In this document: positions 61,401 to 64,000 of the stretch, piece after piece
Position numbering within the stretch: position 1 is the stretch's first letter
Layout of the letters: each line of letters starts with the position of its first letter
Source: Camelus dromedarius
Lineage: Eukaryota
NCBI RefSeq assembly: GCF_036321535.1
Contig: NC_087472.1
Location: 99,016,001 to 99,080,000 of the forward strand
DNA length: 64,000 bases
Direction of reading: 5' to 3'
Position numbers and translations under genes: made by a program
Notes under the pieces: model-generated
Seen by the model: the letters and a program-made list of their open reading frames with translations, nothing else
Told to the model about the DNA's origin: nothing
Database searches by the model: none

Positions 61401-62400
61401 TTTGTGAAAAGTTTTCATACATGACACCAAAAGCACAATTCATAAAAGAAGAAAAATAAAAATTAGACTTCAAATGTAAAATTTTTGTTCTCTAAAATAC
61501 CTTGTGACGAGAATGACAAAATGAACTATGGGCTGGAAAAAAAGTTTGCAAACCATGTATCTGATAAAGGAGCCGTGAGTAGAATATAAAAAGAATTCTC
61601 AAAACTGAACAGTAAAAATCCAGCAATCCAATTAGAAAATGGGCAAAAGAGATATTTTACCACAGAATATAAAAGGATAGCAAATATACACATAAAATAT
61701 ATTCAACATCACTAACCACTGAGGAAATGCAGATTATGATTATGATCAGCTATCACTATACACTTACGAGAATGATGAAAATAAAAAATAGTAACACCAA
61801 TTGTTTGCAAGGATACAGAGAAACTGGATCTCATACATTACTTGTTAGAGTGTAAAATCGTTCACCAACTCTGGAAAATAGTTTGACAGTTTCTTAAATA
61901 TCTAAATATGCACTTACCATATAGCCCAGCAATTGAACTCTTGGGCATTTGTCCCAGAAAAATGAAAATTTATGTCCACACAGCTTTTGTTCAGTAGCCA
62001 AAAATTGGTAACAATGGAAAGATCCCTCAATGGATGAATGAATAGTTAAATAAACTGTAATACACTTACACGATGGGATGTTACTCAGCAATAAAATGGA
62101 ACAAACTATTGATACACACAAGAACTTGGATAGATCTCAAGGAAATTTCTCCTGAATGAAAAAAAAGCCAATCTCAAAAAGTAAAATATTATAGGATTCC
62201 ATTTATATAACATTTTTGAGATGTCAAAATTATAGAGATAGAAAACAAGTTAGTGTTTGCCAGAAGTTCAAGATGAGAGGAGGAGTGGAAAAGAGGTGGA
62301 AGTGACTATAAAGGGATAGCATGAGAGAGATCTTTCTGGTGATGGAATAATTCTTTTTCTTATTTTAAGTTGTTGCATGAATGTCTATATACATTGCATC
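58440..62400 (+). mobile_element. Decayed L1 (L1MC/L1MD-type) ORF2 and 3' UTR
   Basis: Collinear EN, RT and C-terminal remnants (GAAAAAGCATTTGACAAAATTCAACA; ACAAGGCAAGGATG; GATTCCATTTATATAACATT). Confidence 0.92.
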
Positions 62401-62404
62401 TTTA

Positions 62405-63520
62405 AAAAAGAAAAAACAAATGTGGAGGACTTACACTATCTGATTTGAAGACTTGTAAAATGACAGTAATTAAAACTGACATTGATGTAAAAGTAGAAAA
62501 ATAAATCAATGAAACCATGTAAGAGGTTAGAAATGAAACCATGCTTATATGGCCAATTGATTTTCAACAAAAGTATAAAGACAATTCGGGGGAAAGATAG
62601 TCATTTAAATAAATGTTGCTGTTCCAATTGGATGCTTTTATATAAAAAATGAAAGTTGACCCATATCTCACACCATATACAAATGTTAACTCAAAATGGA
62701 TCATAGATCTAAACCTAAAGCTAAAGCTATAAAAGTTCTAGAAGAAAGCGTAAGAGAATTTTTGTGACCTTGTTAAACATTTCTTAGAAATGATGCCAAA
62801 AGCATGATCTATATAACAAAAAAATTGGTAAGTTGGACTTCACCAAGACTAAGAACTTCCACTCTTCAAAATCCTGTTAAAGGATTTGGAAAACAAGCAA
62901 CTGACTGGAAGCAAATATTTACAATTCATATATCTGATGAACTTGTCTCCAGAATATATAAAAACTCTCAAAACTCAATAATAAGAAATTATGCATCCCA
63001 CTAAACAATGGGAAAAACATTTGAAGATATTTCACCAAAGAAGGTTTATGAATGGCTAATAAGCACATAAAAAGATGTTCAAAATCATAATTAGAGAAAT
63101 GCAAATGAAAACCACAATGAGATATTCCTGCATACTTGACAGATGGCAAAAATTAAAAGTCTATCCATATCAAGTGTTGTCAAGAATGTGGAGCATATAC
63201 TGAAAACTCTCATATACTGAAGGTGGAAATGTAAAATTGTACAACCACTTTGGAAAAATTTTGGCAGTTTCTTCCAAAGTTAAACATATGCCTACTATAT
63301 TATCCATCCATTCCATCCCTACTTCCCAAGACAAATTAAAGCATATCTCCATACGGAGATTTGTACCAAACATTCATAGCAGCTTTATTTGAAATAGCCC
63401 CACACTGGAAACAACCCAACCATCCATCAACATGTGAAGGAATAAACAAATGGTGGTATATCCATACAATGGAATACTACTCAGTGATAAAAAGGGATGA
63501 ACTGTTAGTATATACTCAAT
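62405..63520 (+). mobile_element. Second decayed L1 ORF2 C-terminal fragment
   Basis: Repeats the late-ORF2 motifs already seen at 61020-62100 (GGAGGACTTACACTATCTGATT; GGTATATCCATACAATGGAATACTACTCAG). Confidence 0.9.
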
Positions 63521-63569
63521 ATTGTTAATATGTACTCAAGAAATCTTTTAAAAAGTGAAAAAATAGTGA

Positions 63570-63685
63570 TATCTAGGTTCTACTTTCAGAGCTTCTAATT
63601 TAATTTGTCTCAGATATGCCCTGGGCATCAGGATTTTCTAAAATTTCTAGGTGATTCTAAAGTGTAGCACAGTTTTTAAAAATCT
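63570..63685 (+). mobile_element. MER5-type fragment
   Basis: CAGAGCTTCTAATTTAATTTGTCT...CCTGGGCATCAGGATTTT...AGGTGATTCTAAAGTGTAGC. Confidence 0.65.
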
Positions 63686-64000
63686 CTGTATTTCCACTTC
63701 CACCACACTAATTAAAGACTCTATCATCTTCATCTGTACTTGTCCTACTTCCTAAAAGACATCCTTCTTACAATATTACTTCCTTCCAAATCATTCTGAA
63801 CACCATAGGTAGATAAATTCTATCTATTGTGTCATAATTATAAATGAATAAAGAATAAATAAGTAAGCTGTTGAACCAGGTGATGCTTTTCAGGGTTGCC
63901 ACCTGTCATATGATGGATTAAGGACAACTTTTACAAATTAAAAGATATTGGTTTAAGGAGTAGGTATCTATGGGGAAAGAGAATACTCACAAGACTAAAG

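Noticed and set aside
1..64000. Using TE strand bias to infer a host gene orientation
   Set aside because: L1 and LTR copies occur on both strands, so the bias is not clear enough to call intronic versus intergenic.
1..64000. CRISPR array, operon, tRNA/rRNA/snRNA gene or CpG island
   Set aside because: No regularly spaced repeat-spacer structure and no recognisable structural RNA gene. CpG is depleted almost throughout, and the sequence is clearly mammalian.

Overview
AT-rich mammalian non-coding DNA, either intergenic or deep intronic. I found no recognisable protein-coding gene, tRNA/rRNA/snRNA or CRISPR array. Roughly half the window is interspersed repeats: L1 of several ages, L2, MIR, MaLR (MLT1) LTRs and internal sequence, ERV1 and ERVL solo LTRs, and hAT-Charlie (MER5, MER20, MER58) and Tigger DNA transposons. 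ORFs with recognisable protein character are decayed L1 ORF1/ORF2; the rest look like chance ORFs. The youngest L1 3' ends, together with the absence of Alu, B1/B2, Bov-A/BovB, PRE-1 and CHR SINEs, suggest a camelid cetartiodactyl (inference). Subfamily names are recalled from memory of consensus sequences, and boundaries are approximate unless TSDs are given. The most notable observations are: a near-perfect 48-bp-arm palindrome (3298-3419); an 80-nt stem-loop in unique DNA (12509-12588); a TSD-flanked L1 with its 5' end retained, EN/RT deleted and a premature poly(A) (40367-44682); a young ERV1 solo LTR inside MER5; an exon-like unique island inside an old L1 (30960-31505); and a promoter/enhancer-like unique segment (46170-47250). 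I cannot support a claim of a new biological system from the sequence alone.
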